Shown: positions 8,162-15,537 of the stretch, piece by piece
Layout: each line of letters opens with the position of its first letter
Position numbering within the stretch: position 1 is the first letter of the stretch
Assembly (NCBI GenBank): GCA_003215655.1
Contig: QCKB01000009.1
Coordinates: 33,194-57,193, forward strand
Reading direction: 5' to 3'
Origin: Prochlorococcus sp. AG-409-J16
GTDB lineage: Bacteria; Cyanobacteriota; Cyanobacteriia; PCC-6307; Cyanobiaceae
DNA: 24,000 nucleotides
Notes under the pieces: model-generated
The model's input: the letters and a program-made list of their open reading frames with translations, nothing else
Told to the model about the DNA's origin: nothing
Databases searched by the model: none
Translations under genes and position numbers: made by a program

Positions 8162-9804
8162 ATAGACAAGAGGTTCTTAACTGTTGATCGATTCAATCTA
8201 TGCAAACGTAAGCCGCCTATTTGCTTATGAAGAGAAGGTCCTAGATCTTTCTTATTTTCTACTTCATCCAAAAATGTACTTATTTCTGCCGCTAAAAGAA
8301 GCTGAACAATTAAAGGTTGAACACCTACTAATTCCTCTCCTAGTTTAAAAAGATCGTAACCCTTTCCTTCCCCATCCTTTTCTACCACCCTAATAGGTGA
8401 AAAATGACTGGCACCTTCTACTAAAAGAGTACGACTAGACACATTTTCAGCTAGAGACATAAACAGCCCAAGCTGTTCACTAAGAGCAGGTGTTATCAAA
8501 TCATAGGTTCCACCAACAAGAAGTATTGGTACTGAGACTGAAGATTCTCCATCAATTGGCCACAACAAACTTCCGAAACTATTTATTCCAACAATTGCCT
8601 TAAGATTTGGAATGTCTGGTTGTGTTAACAAGTCAACATCTACCAACTGGCACTGTAAAAATTGAGAAAGATTTGTTAAAGACAAATCATCCAAAGCCTT
8701 CTTACACCTCCCAGTTAATCCTGGGTCAGGATATGCACCTGCCGCGAGCAAAGCAGTTAATGCTCCCAACGAATGCCCCATAAGAATCAACTCCTTTTCA
8801 GAGAAGGGAAAGAATCCCTGCTCATTTGCTAGTAAAACGGATTTCAAATCAGCCAGTCTTTCTGGAAGCACTTCAGCACCTGGTAGTGGACGACTTCCTT
8901 CAAGCAATTCCTGAACAGCCCCTAAATCACTACCTGGGTGTTCAAGGACTACTACTGACCATCCTTTCCTACTTAGGCTTCGCGCCAACCAATGGAAATG
9001 GTCCTGACTTCCACCCAGACCAGGCATAAGTAGAACCCAACTTTGCCTGTTCGGCACACCCCTACGAGAACGCCAAACATCAAGAGAAAGTGGTTTGGAA
9101 CGATGATCAACCTTTAAGGGAAACTTTTCTGGTTTTACCTGAGAGCCACCTTCTGTTCTTAGCTCAGCATTTGGAATCTCTCTAATTGAAGAAAGGCGAT
9201 CAAGTGCTAATAAAAGCTTTTGCTGGCTTTGGATCTGATACCTCCAACGCCTTGCTAAAAGCAAAATGGCATCCAAATCCAAGCGAATACTTTCAGCAGG
9301 AAGCTCTTGAAGCAAGTCAAGAGTGGTTACTTGAGACTGATTTTCCAGTAAAGACTCAAGAGTTTTAAGGACACTTGCACCACTTCGATCCTCATCAACT
9401 CTTATCAAATCACTAACTTCATCAAGCAACTGCCGACCTGCCCAGCTTTGAAGGATCCGCCTTGCCATGCTCTGATCCTTAAGCAAAGGCGCTTGAAGTA
9501 ATTTCAACAAAACCGCCCGGCCTTCTTCACTCAGCAAATTGATCCAAGCAGTCAATTCTGAATAATTACGGCCCTTAGAACTGACCCATTCTCCTAACTC
9601 ATCGATAGGGATAGGAATTAACATCTCATCAAGCTGCACTTCCAAGCGATCTGCCGCATTAATAGGCGTAACACCAAATACTCCAACAACCAGACTGCAA
9701 AACAGTCCAGCCAAAGCTCCCCTTACTTTTGAGCGTCCTAAAAGCAACGCTAAATCTCGTGAACTGGTGGAACCAATTCCCCCAAAGCCTGCAGGCGATA
9801 ACAA
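8155..9804 (-). CDS. Secreted alpha/beta hydrolase with DUF1400-like N-terminal domain
   Basis: Signal peptide (RSKVRGALAGLFCSLVVGVFGVTPINA). The N-terminal region resembles cyanobacterial DUF1400. The C-terminal alpha/beta-hydrolase core has the nucleophile elbow GHSLGA. There is no in-frame ATG near the 5' end. Candidate starts are TTG 9804 or TTG 9747, the latter giving MLLGRSKVRG. The 3' end overlaps the convergent permease gene by 7 nt. Confidence 0.8.
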   Translation of the reverse strand: MLSPAGFGGIGSTSSRDLALLLGRSKVRGALAGLFCSLVVGVFGVTPINAADRLEVQLDEMLIPIPIDELGEWVSSKGRNYSELTAWINLLSEEGRAVLLKLLQAPLLKDQSMARRILQSWAGRQLLDEVSDLIRVDEDRSGASVLKTLESLLENQSQVTTLDLLQELPAESIRLDLDAILLLARRWRYQIQSQQKLLLALDRLSSIREIPNAELRTEGGSQVKPEKFPLKVDHRSKPLSLDVWRSRRGVPNRQSWVLLMPGLGGSQDHFHWLARSLSRKGWSVVVLEHPGSDLGAVQELLEGSRPLPGAEVLPERLADLKSVLLANEQGFFPFSEKELILMGHSLGALTALLAAGAYPDPGLTGRCKKALDDLSLTNLSQFLQCQLVDVDLLTQPDIPNLKAIVGINSFGSLLWPIDGESSVSVPILLVGGTYDLITPALSEQLGLFMSLAENVSSRTLLVEGASHFSPIRVVEKDGEGKGYDLFKLGEELVGVQPLIVQLLLAAEISTFLDEVENKKDLGPSLHKQIGGLRLHRLNRSTVKNLLSIQ

Positions 9805-11006
9805 GTGTTCGTCTTTTGGCTTCGATAGGGGCTGGTGGCGTTATTTATTTAACACCTCTTTTATTTAACCAGATAGATTTTACGGCTTCCCAAATTGGCA
9901 TCGGAATAGCCTTTTCTGCATTTATAGGGTTACTCGCAAGATTAATAAGTGGAAGACTTATTGATAAAGGGTTTTCCTACACCCAACTTATATATATAAG
10001 TGCTGCAATTGCGATTCTTGCTGACATTTCTCTCTTCAATGCTAATTCATTTGAAAATTTTCTAAAAGGACAGCTCTTTCTAGGTATATCAACAGGACTT
10101 TACTGGCCTGCTGTCGAAGTTGCCGTTCCAATCAGCTGCGGTAAATTCCCGTCTATCAAAGGATTTTCAATCGCAAGAACTGCTGATGCCTTAGGGATAA
10201 GCATTGGATCTATTTTTGGAACCTTTTGTGCCGCAATCGGAGAAATTCGATATATATATATATTTGATATATTCTGTCTTTTATGCTTATTAAGCTTGAT
10301 ATCTATAAAGCTTAACTCACTTGAGCAGAGTTCATTAAAAGAAGAAATATCAGGAAGGATTCGAAATAGAAGTAACAACAATGATCCAAGCAAAACAAGT
10401 ATAAAATGGATATATAAACTCATTCCTATACTTTTAATAAGCATTTTAGCTACAAGTATCATAACACTTTGCCAATCATCTCTTCCATTGGACCTTGCCA
10501 AAGGCGGGGTTTATAGACCTCAGCTAAATGATACATTAATTAGCGCTCTAATATCCTGTCAGCTTGGAATATTGGTATTAATCCAGTGGCCAATCGGGAA
10601 GTTACTTTGCAACTTAGAAATTAGACATTGCATACGCATAAGCCTCTTGTTGTTTTGCATAGGTTGCTTAATATTAGCCGTCTCAACATTCTTACAAATA
10701 GGCGTATATTTTGTATGTATTGGACAGCTTTTATTAGCATTTGCAACAGCTACTTTTCTACCATCAGCAACTGAAGTTATCAACAGATTTTGCCCGAAAG
10801 AGAAGAGAGGTATTGGAATGGCATTATTTTCTTTATGTTTTGCCTTAAGTTCAATAATTGCACCACCTTTAGCTGGTTTCTTATTAGATACTCAAGGAAA
10901 TGGTTTATCACTATGGACAATAATGAGTTGTACATGTTTAGGGGCACTAGTTTTAGTTAAATGGTCAAAACAAAGGCTTAAAGGAAATAATATACTTTAT
11001 ATATAA
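9729..11006 (+). CDS. MFS-type transporter
   Basis: About 12 hydrophobic segments split by a central hydrophilic loop (SLKEEISGRIRNRSNNNDPSK). An MFS-like loop GRLIDKG follows TM2. There is no ATG near the 5' end. Candidate starts are TTG 9729 or GTG 9759. Confidence 0.75.
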   Translation: MSVLKATLNLVNWWNQFPQSLQAITSVRLLASIGAGGVIYLTPLLFNQIDFTASQIGIGIAFSAFIGLLARLISGRLIDKGFSYTQLIYISAAIAILADISLFNANSFENFLKGQLFLGISTGLYWPAVEVAVPISCGKFPSIKGFSIARTADALGISIGSIFGTFCAAIGEIRYIYIFDIFCLLCLLSLISIKLNSLEQSSLKEEISGRIRNRSNNNDPSKTSIKWIYKLIPILLISILATSIITLCQSSLPLDLAKGGVYRPQLNDTLISALISCQLGILVLIQWPIGKLLCNLEIRHCIRISLLLFCIGCLILAVSTFLQIGVYFVCIGQLLLAFATATFLPSATEVINRFCPKEKRGIGMALFSLCFALSSIIAPPLAGFLLDTQGNGLSLWTIMSCTCLGALVLVKWSKQRLKGNNILYI

Positions 11007-11025
11007 ACGAAAAAATAAAATCCCT

Positions 11026-11379
11026 TTATTTACTCTCCAAAGATTCAATCTCAATGAGCCTCCTTTCCCTTAAGTAAAGAAAGAAAGGAGCAGCAAAAGC
11101 GAATGCAATTGTTATTGAACCTAATAACACTATCCATAAGTTCCTCATTTGAAGTCTTCTACTTTCAATCACAATCCAGATAGTTGTAGATATAGCGGCT
11201 ATAGCAAGGTCCCTTGAAAGAGACTGGGCGGCAGGATTGGAATTTGCTAATTCAATAAATAAACCTATATCAAAACCTTTATATTGACTAGCAAATTCTA
11301 TATTTGATAACGTAGGTAGGACTGCTCCAGCAATAGCCAAAGCAAGATATAAATAACTAATAATAGTGCGAGAAGTCAT
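11026..11379 (-). CDS. Small integral membrane protein (resembles DUF2834 family)
   Basis: 117 aa with 4 hydrophobic segments. The C-terminal AAPFFLYLRERRL and overall pattern recall DUF2834 proteins, from memory only. It starts at ATG, 2 nt downstream of the preceding gene's stop, so it is probably co-transcribed with 11382..11648. Confidence 0.6.
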   Translation of the reverse strand: MTSRTIISYLYLALAIAGAVLPTLSNIEFASQYKGFDIGLFIELANSNPAAQSLSRDLAIAAISTTIWIVIESRRLQMRNLWIVLLGSITIAFAFAAPFFLYLRERRLIEIESLESK

Positions 11380-11381
11380 TC

Positions 11382-11648
11382 TTATTCTCCTTCAGTATTG
11401 GACTTCAAATCATTATACTCTTTTCTTATATCTTCCAGTAACCGCCCTTTCCTTCTCATAGTGTTTATATTTTTAGTTTGAGAAAAATTGAACCTCTGTT
11501 CTTTGCTCATATCCATCCAAATACTCATCTTAGGGTTAAATGAAATTCGACTAATCTTAGGTTTACTACGCCTAAATGCAAAAAAAAGCACTGCGCCACA
11601 TAAAATAATGGCAAAAATTGTTACCGCAAAATTAAGCATGGATACCAT
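11382..11648 (-). CDS. Hypothetical N-terminally anchored small protein
   Basis: 88-aa ATG ORF with one N-terminal TM helix (FAVTIFAIILCGAVLFFAF) followed by a basic, charged tail. It abuts the downstream gene. Confidence 0.5.
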   Translation of the reverse strand: MVSMLNFAVTIFAIILCGAVLFFAFRRSKPKISRISFNPKMSIWMDMSKEQRFNFSQTKNINTMRRKGRLLEDIRKEYNDLKSNTEGE

Positions 11649-11812
11649 TAGGCATGCACAAATCTATTGAGTGCATTTTGCCAACCATAAGGCTACTATA
11701 GTATAAGTTTTTTGATGGCACAAAAGCAAACAAACTAAAAAGAATATTTTCTATTAATCTATGATGGAGATTCAAATCAAATGCATTACTCTTTGAGGAC
11801 TGATCTTGAAGG

Positions 11813-12181
11813 ATGAATTATTTCCTCATTATCCTTGGCGCTTCCCTCTTAATAGTATTTTTCTTCTACCTTTTTATAAAAGCACAAGGTAGAAAACTTA
11901 AGCCAAGTTCTATTGAAAGGTTCAAGAAAAAATTCAAAGCTAGACGTAGAATAAATGAAAAATACCTCGAGGGATACTCAAATTCATTAATGCTAGATCC
12001 TGAAAAGAATATACAGATTGGAATCTGGGATACAGAAGAATCATTAAGAGAAAAAGCTGATATCCACAGAGCGAGATTAAATAAATATGGACGCTCTAAG
12101 ATGAATGGAACGATCCTTTTTCTTGGCACAAAAGGAGGAGTTTATAAGCTTACTCCAAAAGGGAATAAAAAGTATGTATGA
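11813..12181 (+). CDS. Hypothetical N-terminally anchored protein
   Basis: 122-aa ATG ORF with an N-terminal TM helix (FLIILGASLLIVFFFYLFI) followed by a Lys/Arg-rich soluble domain. It is divergent from 11382..11648. Confidence 0.5.
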   Translation: MNYFLIILGASLLIVFFFYLFIKAQGRKLKPSSIERFKKKFKARRRINEKYLEGYSNSLMLDPEKNIQIGIWDTEESLREKADIHRARLNKYGRSKMNGTILFLGTKGGVYKLTPKGNKKYV

Positions 12182-12473
12182 ACTTAGATCGAATCCCTAT
12201 GATCAAATCGTCTAACCTCAAGGATAAAAGGGCACCTGTTAAAAACAAGTTAAAAACGTAAATACAAAGATTCTATCTTCAATCATAAATATATATTTTA
12301 AACAACCCCTAAAGTAACTAAAGCTATATAAGAGGAGCTTAAACACACGAATTAGGTATTCCTTTAATCAATAAATCTTCTTTAATAGCAGTAATTGAAT
12401 CATTAATGAGTATTAGTTCTGATCGCAAACCTCATAAGGATACGTTTTCCTTCTCATAGATAAGGAATTATCT

Positions 12474-12644
12474 ATGAGTCAAGTTTCACCACAAACTAGG
12501 ACCAACTACGAAGCAATAGTAGAAGCTGCAAGCAAAGGTCATCTTTGGCCTCAAGGTCAATGCCTTACTTCAGGATGCTCTTCAGAGATCCCCTTAAGAA
12601 AAATGGTAGCTCTAGCTAAAAGCCAAAATTTCAGGAATAACTAG
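12474..12644 (+). CDS. Possible 56-aa small protein (below ORF-track cut-off)
   Basis: ATG ORF translating to MSQVSPQTRTNYEAIVEAASKGHLWPQGQCLTSGCSSEIPLRKMVALAKSQNFRNN. A 57-codon stop-free run is noticeable in an AT-rich spacer. The composition is protein-like. There is no family assignment. Confidence 0.35.
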   Translation: MSQVSPQTRTNYEAIVEAASKGHLWPQGQCLTSGCSSEIPLRKMVALAKSQNFRNN

Positions 12645-13192
12645 CTGCCAGGCAAAGCTGGCTTATATCCTTCGGTTTGGGATGAGCATTCCAAACTATC
12701 TCTTGTGGCAACACCAGTTTTAGGGTTTGTGCCATCAGCTATTTTACACAAATTTCTTTGATCATCGCTATCAAGCACTGCATAAGTAAAGTCTGCACCC
12801 TCTATTCTTGCTCCTGCGAAACTGCTGCCTGAAGCGATCATATTAATAAGAACAGCATTCCTAAGATCAGTTTTCTGAAAATTTACCCTGTCCGAAAGAG
12901 TATCAGTTAGGTCTATTCCCTGAAGATTTGATCCCTTTAAGTCAGAAAGGGTAAGAACTGTGCCATGGAGGTCTACATCGCTAAAGTTCGCATCTCTAGC
13001 AACAGCCCCTGCAATAGATGATTTCGATAAATCTTGGCCATGAAAATCAAAACCCGTTATGTCTGATCTCACATAGTTGGGGACCTCTTCGCCTTGATCC
13101 AAAACAGCCAATACAGGAGTAGCTAAGACGAAACAAAGGAATAAAACTAACAATCGCATTAATAAAAGGGGGCTTAAGTGACGAGCCTTCAT
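12641..13192 (-). CDS. Pentapeptide-repeat protein with signal peptide (probably lumenal/periplasmic)
   Basis: Tandem A(D/N)LxX-type pentapeptides run through most of the mature protein (ANFSDVDLHGTVLTLSDLKGSNLQGIDLTDTLSDRVNFQKTDLRNAVL). The N-terminal signal is MKARHLSPLLLMRLLVLFLCFVLATPVLA. ATG 13192 is preferred over the TTG at 13201 used by the ORF track. Confidence 0.85.
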   Translation of the reverse strand: MKARHLSPLLLMRLLVLFLCFVLATPVLAVLDQGEEVPNYVRSDITGFDFHGQDLSKSSIAGAVARDANFSDVDLHGTVLTLSDLKGSNLQGIDLTDTLSDRVNFQKTDLRNAVLINMIASGSSFAGARIEGADFTYAVLDSDDQRNLCKIADGTNPKTGVATRDSLECSSQTEGYKPALPGS

Positions 13193-13600
13193 TTGGTTCA
13201 AGGATTAGCTAATACTCTCACTTAATTATCTTCCCTCATAAAAGAGTATCGGATATTTAGACAGAACCTTTTAGCACTTGGACATAAGGGCGTGCTCATT
13301 CCAAATCAAATGAATTAAGCCTAAATAGGACTCTATTGGGAGGTAAAAGGCTAAAGCCCTTAAAACATTGAACGAGATATCAAGGGAAAACGTTCTGTGG
13401 GACTAGCTCCTAATTACAAAAAAAAAGGAGCAACAGCTTAGGGACCGGAAGGCTAAGCCACTTATATGACAATCGAATGTGATTTTAATACCTAAATATG
13501 AATCATAATTGATATGCGTAAATCATTCTTGAAAAGTTGCTCACAAAAGAGCTGATTTCGTGCGATGTTTGTTGTAATTAGATCTCTAACTACCTAATAA

Positions 13601-13903
13601 ATGGGCTACTTTCTCGACATACGAGTAGGGATAGTTCTTCTCCCTATAATCTTCTCTGCCCTATTTGTTGTCTTTTGGCTAAGCCAATGGAATGTATTGA
13701 AATGGGGAGGTGAAAGCTCAATACCTGGTGTGCCAACCCTTGAAAATTACCAGGCGTGGGAAGACACAGCTATTACAAGCTCAGGCAGTCCTCAAAGGGG
13801 GTACCCTGTTTTTACTGTCAGAACTTTGGCAGTAAATGCTCTTGGAATTCCAACAGTATTTTTCCTAGGAGCAATATCGGCTATGCAATTCATCAGAAGC
13901 TAA
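13601..13903 (+). CDS. Two-helix membrane protein with PsbF (cytochrome b559 beta)-like C-terminal half lacking the heme His
   Basis: The C-terminal [33 protein letters not shown] matches the PsbF consensus YPIFTVRWLA(V/L)H(T/G)L(A/G)(V/I)PTVFFLG(A/S)I(A/S)AMQFI(Q/R)R almost residue for residue, but His is Asn and Trp is Thr. An extra N-terminal TM helix ([21 protein letters not shown]) is weakly PsbE/PsbF-like. Confidence 0.7.
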   Translation: MGYFLDIRVGIVLLPIIFSALFVVFWLSQWNVLKWGGESSIPGVPTLENYQAWEDTAITSSGSPQRGYPVFTVRTLAVNALGIPTVFFLGAISAMQFIRS

Positions 13904-13981
13904 GAAATTCAAATAACCTTATAGTCAATTTAAAGTTTTTTTGAATCAACTATAAGTAGTAACTAAGTTAATAACTTAGGG

Positions 13982-14019
13982 AAAAGGTCATAATCTTTTT
14001 TAAAGCTATGACCTTTTTT
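13982..14019. terminator. Rho-independent terminator, symmetric (bidirectional) hairpin
   Basis: Perfect 11-bp stem aaaaggtcata (13982-13992) / tatgacctttt (14007-14017) with a 14-nt loop. A T-run lies on the + strand and an A-run upstream, giving a U-run for the minus strand. It sits between the convergent 13601..13903 gene and the 14035..14400 remnant. Confidence 0.6.
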
Positions 14020-14034
14020 GGATAAATCTATACC

Positions 14035-14400
14035 TCAACTATCCACTGGGTAGCCTTCTTTTGAATAAAAACTTGTATATCCTGAAACAGATCTTGCACG
14101 CATAATCGTGATAACAAGTGGAATTCCAATTACAGCATGTGCCACAGTTAATAGCCAGAAATCTAGTGGGACTCCTGGCTGACCATAAATCGCAAACAAT
14201 GGGGCTAGAGACATAGCCTTTGACCTTTGATGACATTGACAAGAAAATTGTGATACCTAAATGACACGGAAAAATAATATGGGCCAAAAAATTCATAGCT
14301 ATGAATATGCAGGTGTAATTTGATACATCAATAGATCTAAAATGATCAATCGGAAGATTCCTGCTACAAGTCATCATTCTAAAAAATCTCCCAATCCAAT
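14035..14400 (-). pseudogene. Possible decayed ABC-transporter permease remnant
   Basis: An ATG ORF of 59 aa (14214..14035) reads MSLAPLFAIYGQPGVPLDFWLLTVAHAVIGIPLVITIMRARSVSG. This resembles the helix preceding the EAA loop of binding-protein-dependent permeases (IYGxPG...AHxxxxxPLxxxxxRA), but the frame stops before any EAA loop. Upstream, hydrophobic fragments are scattered over all three frames, separated by stops. The 112-aa track ORF (14039..14377) in a different frame is Cys-rich and atypical. Confidence 0.3.
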
Positions 14401-14445
14401 CACCTAATCAACCACCAATACGATATTAATTTTATTCAATTAAAA

Positions 14446-14751
14446 TTAATTGGATGTTGTTTGGATATCACCCGATTGACCATCATTCTTTTCAAAAATA
14501 AATTTTAAGACTAATATTGCTACCCCTAAAATAAAAGTTATGACGTTAAATAGGATCACAGGTAGTGAATGAATCCCCCAACCATAGATTTCCCACAAAA
14601 CTATCCCTATAACAAAAAGTATAAACATACTATAAGATATATCCTTTGCAGACTTTGAGTTCCAGACCTTAATCAGTTGCGGGACGAAAGCAATCGTTGT
14701 AAGAGTTCCTGCAATTAAGCCCAAAATATCCATAGAAGTGAGTTTTTCCAT
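14446..14751 (-). CDS. SemiSWEET / PQ-loop family small transporter
   Basis: 101 aa with three TM helices. The PQ motif sits in TM1 (IAFVPQLIKVWNSKSAKDISY), as in bacterial SemiSWEET (MtN3/PQ-loop) half-transporters. Confidence 0.75.
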   Translation of the reverse strand: MEKLTSMDILGLIAGTLTTIAFVPQLIKVWNSKSAKDISYSMFILFVIGIVLWEIYGWGIHSLPVILFNVITFILGVAILVLKFIFEKNDGQSGDIQTTSN

Positions 14752-14766
14752 AAGGACGCTTCTAAC

Positions 14767-14799
14767 AAAAAAATAATAAGGATTGCCCCTTACAATCCT
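14767..14799 (-). terminator. Putative rho-independent terminator after 14854..15081
   Basis: 7-bp stem aggattg (14779-14785) / caatcct (14793-14799) with a 7-nt loop. On the minus strand it is followed by tattattttttt. Confidence 0.45.
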
Positions 14800-14853
14800 A
14801 TTCTATTAAGCAAACGCTTATTTTCTTTTTTTAAGTCCGTATCAATTCGATTG

Positions 14854-15081
14854 TTACGTTTCAACCTTATAAAGCTCCTCTTCAAAAAACCAATATTTAG
14901 TACCATCCTCAAACTCAAGAACCAGACCAACTCCACCATCAACAAGCTTAAAACCACCCATCCATCTTCCAAAAGGATCCTTATTTAAAAGCTCCAAGAG
15001 GTTTTCAGGCAATCTATCTCTTACAAGATCAAGATCTATAAATAACCTTTCACCTTTTTGTATTGTCTCAACTTTAATCAT
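14854..15081 (-). CDS. Hypothetical small soluble protein
   Basis: 75-aa ATG ORF with balanced, globular-looking composition (MIKVETIQKGERLFIDLDLVRDRLPENLLELLNKDPFGRWMGGFKLVDGGVGLVLEFEDGTKYWFFEEELYKVET). It is followed by a terminator-like hairpin. The overlapping 60-aa ORF 14790..14972 is judged spurious. Confidence 0.6.
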   Translation of the reverse strand: MIKVETIQKGERLFIDLDLVRDRLPENLLELLNKDPFGRWMGGFKLVDGGVGLVLEFEDGTKYWFFEEELYKVET

Positions 15082-15138
15082 TTATTGGATTATCAAAACA
15101 TCATCTTATCTCTTTAAAATAAATTCGGCAGAATCTAT

Positions 15139-15537
15139 CTAGATTAAAGTTGTGGGGTCCTTTTCGTTATCTGTATCACTTGATTTAACTTCAGTAGATG
15201 GTGTATCCTCACTAAAATTTGATTCAGATAAGTTAGTAACTTCAGTTTCAACCTGATCTTTTATACCTATATCACTCTTATTTGCTTCAATAGATTCATT
15301 TTTAGTATCTACAGATTCAGAAGAGCTTGATTCCACGTTATCTGAACTTGCTTGTTGGTCAATCTGGTCTTTTAGAAGCAAGAAGAGTTTCTTCAGATTA
15401 ATTGAAAAATCAACTAGATTTCTAAAAGCATCTTTTAAGACAGTCTTTATCTCATCAGATTTTGTACCAGGGTAAAACCACAAAATCCCAATGCCTACTC
15501 CAACAGCAATAAGCAAAAACACTAAAAAAGCGGCCAT
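15139..15537 (-). CDS. Hypothetical membrane-anchored protein with acidic Ser/Asp/Glu-rich tail
   Basis: 132-aa ATG ORF with an N-terminal TM helix (AAFLVFLLIAVGVGIGILWF). The C-terminal roughly 70 aa are low-complexity and acidic (SSDNVESSSSESVDTKNES...). Confidence 0.55.
   Translation of the reverse strand: MAAFLVFLLIAVGVGIGILWFYPGTKSDEIKTVLKDAFRNLVDFSINLKKLFLLLKDQIDQQASSDNVESSSSESVDTKNESIEANKSDIGIKDQVETEVTNLSESNFSEDTPSTEVKSSDTDNEKDPTTLI

Noticed and set aside
10249-10266. (TA)n microsatellite tatatatatatata inside the MFS gene
   Set aside because: It encodes the in-frame IRYIYIFD within a TM segment. It is short and consistent with AT-rich codon bias, so it is not treated as a functional repeat.
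8826-12129. Track ORFs 8826..9029(+), 9186..9368(+), 10100..10501(-), 10559..10783(-), 11488..11670(+), 11866..12129(-)
   Set aside because: They are embedded antisense in the hydrolase, MFS and small-protein genes and have odd composition. They are regarded as shadow ORFs.
12181-12215. tRNA-like T-loop string gatcgaatccc, and similar ggttcgag at 18195
   Set aside because: The flanking bases do not form a T-stem, acceptor stem or anticodon arm on either strand. No tRNA could be folded anywhere in the window.
13340-13470. Possible glutamine-riboswitch-like elements (cgttc/gaacg stem at 13369-13395, ccggaaggctaagcc at 13445-13459, repeated aaggctaa(a)gcc)
   Set aside because: The resemblance to the glnA RNA core (ACGGAAGUAGG … GAAGGAACGC, recalled from memory) is partial, and I cannot build the three-stem fold. 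Only a covariance-model search could decide.
13756-13944. 62-aa ORF overlapping the 3' half of the PsbF-like gene in another frame
   Set aside because: The PsbF-like frame has near-perfect family similarity across the same nucleotides, so the alternative frame is a by-product.
14039-14377. 112-aa ORF as an intact gene
   Set aside because: It is Cys-rich with atypical composition and no motifs. A different frame carries permease-like sequence, so the locus is treated as a probable remnant instead.
14790-14972. 60-aa ORF overlapping 14854..15081
   Set aside because: It overlaps the more convincing 75-aa ORF on the same strand in another frame. It also spans that gene's stop and the terminator-proximal spacer.
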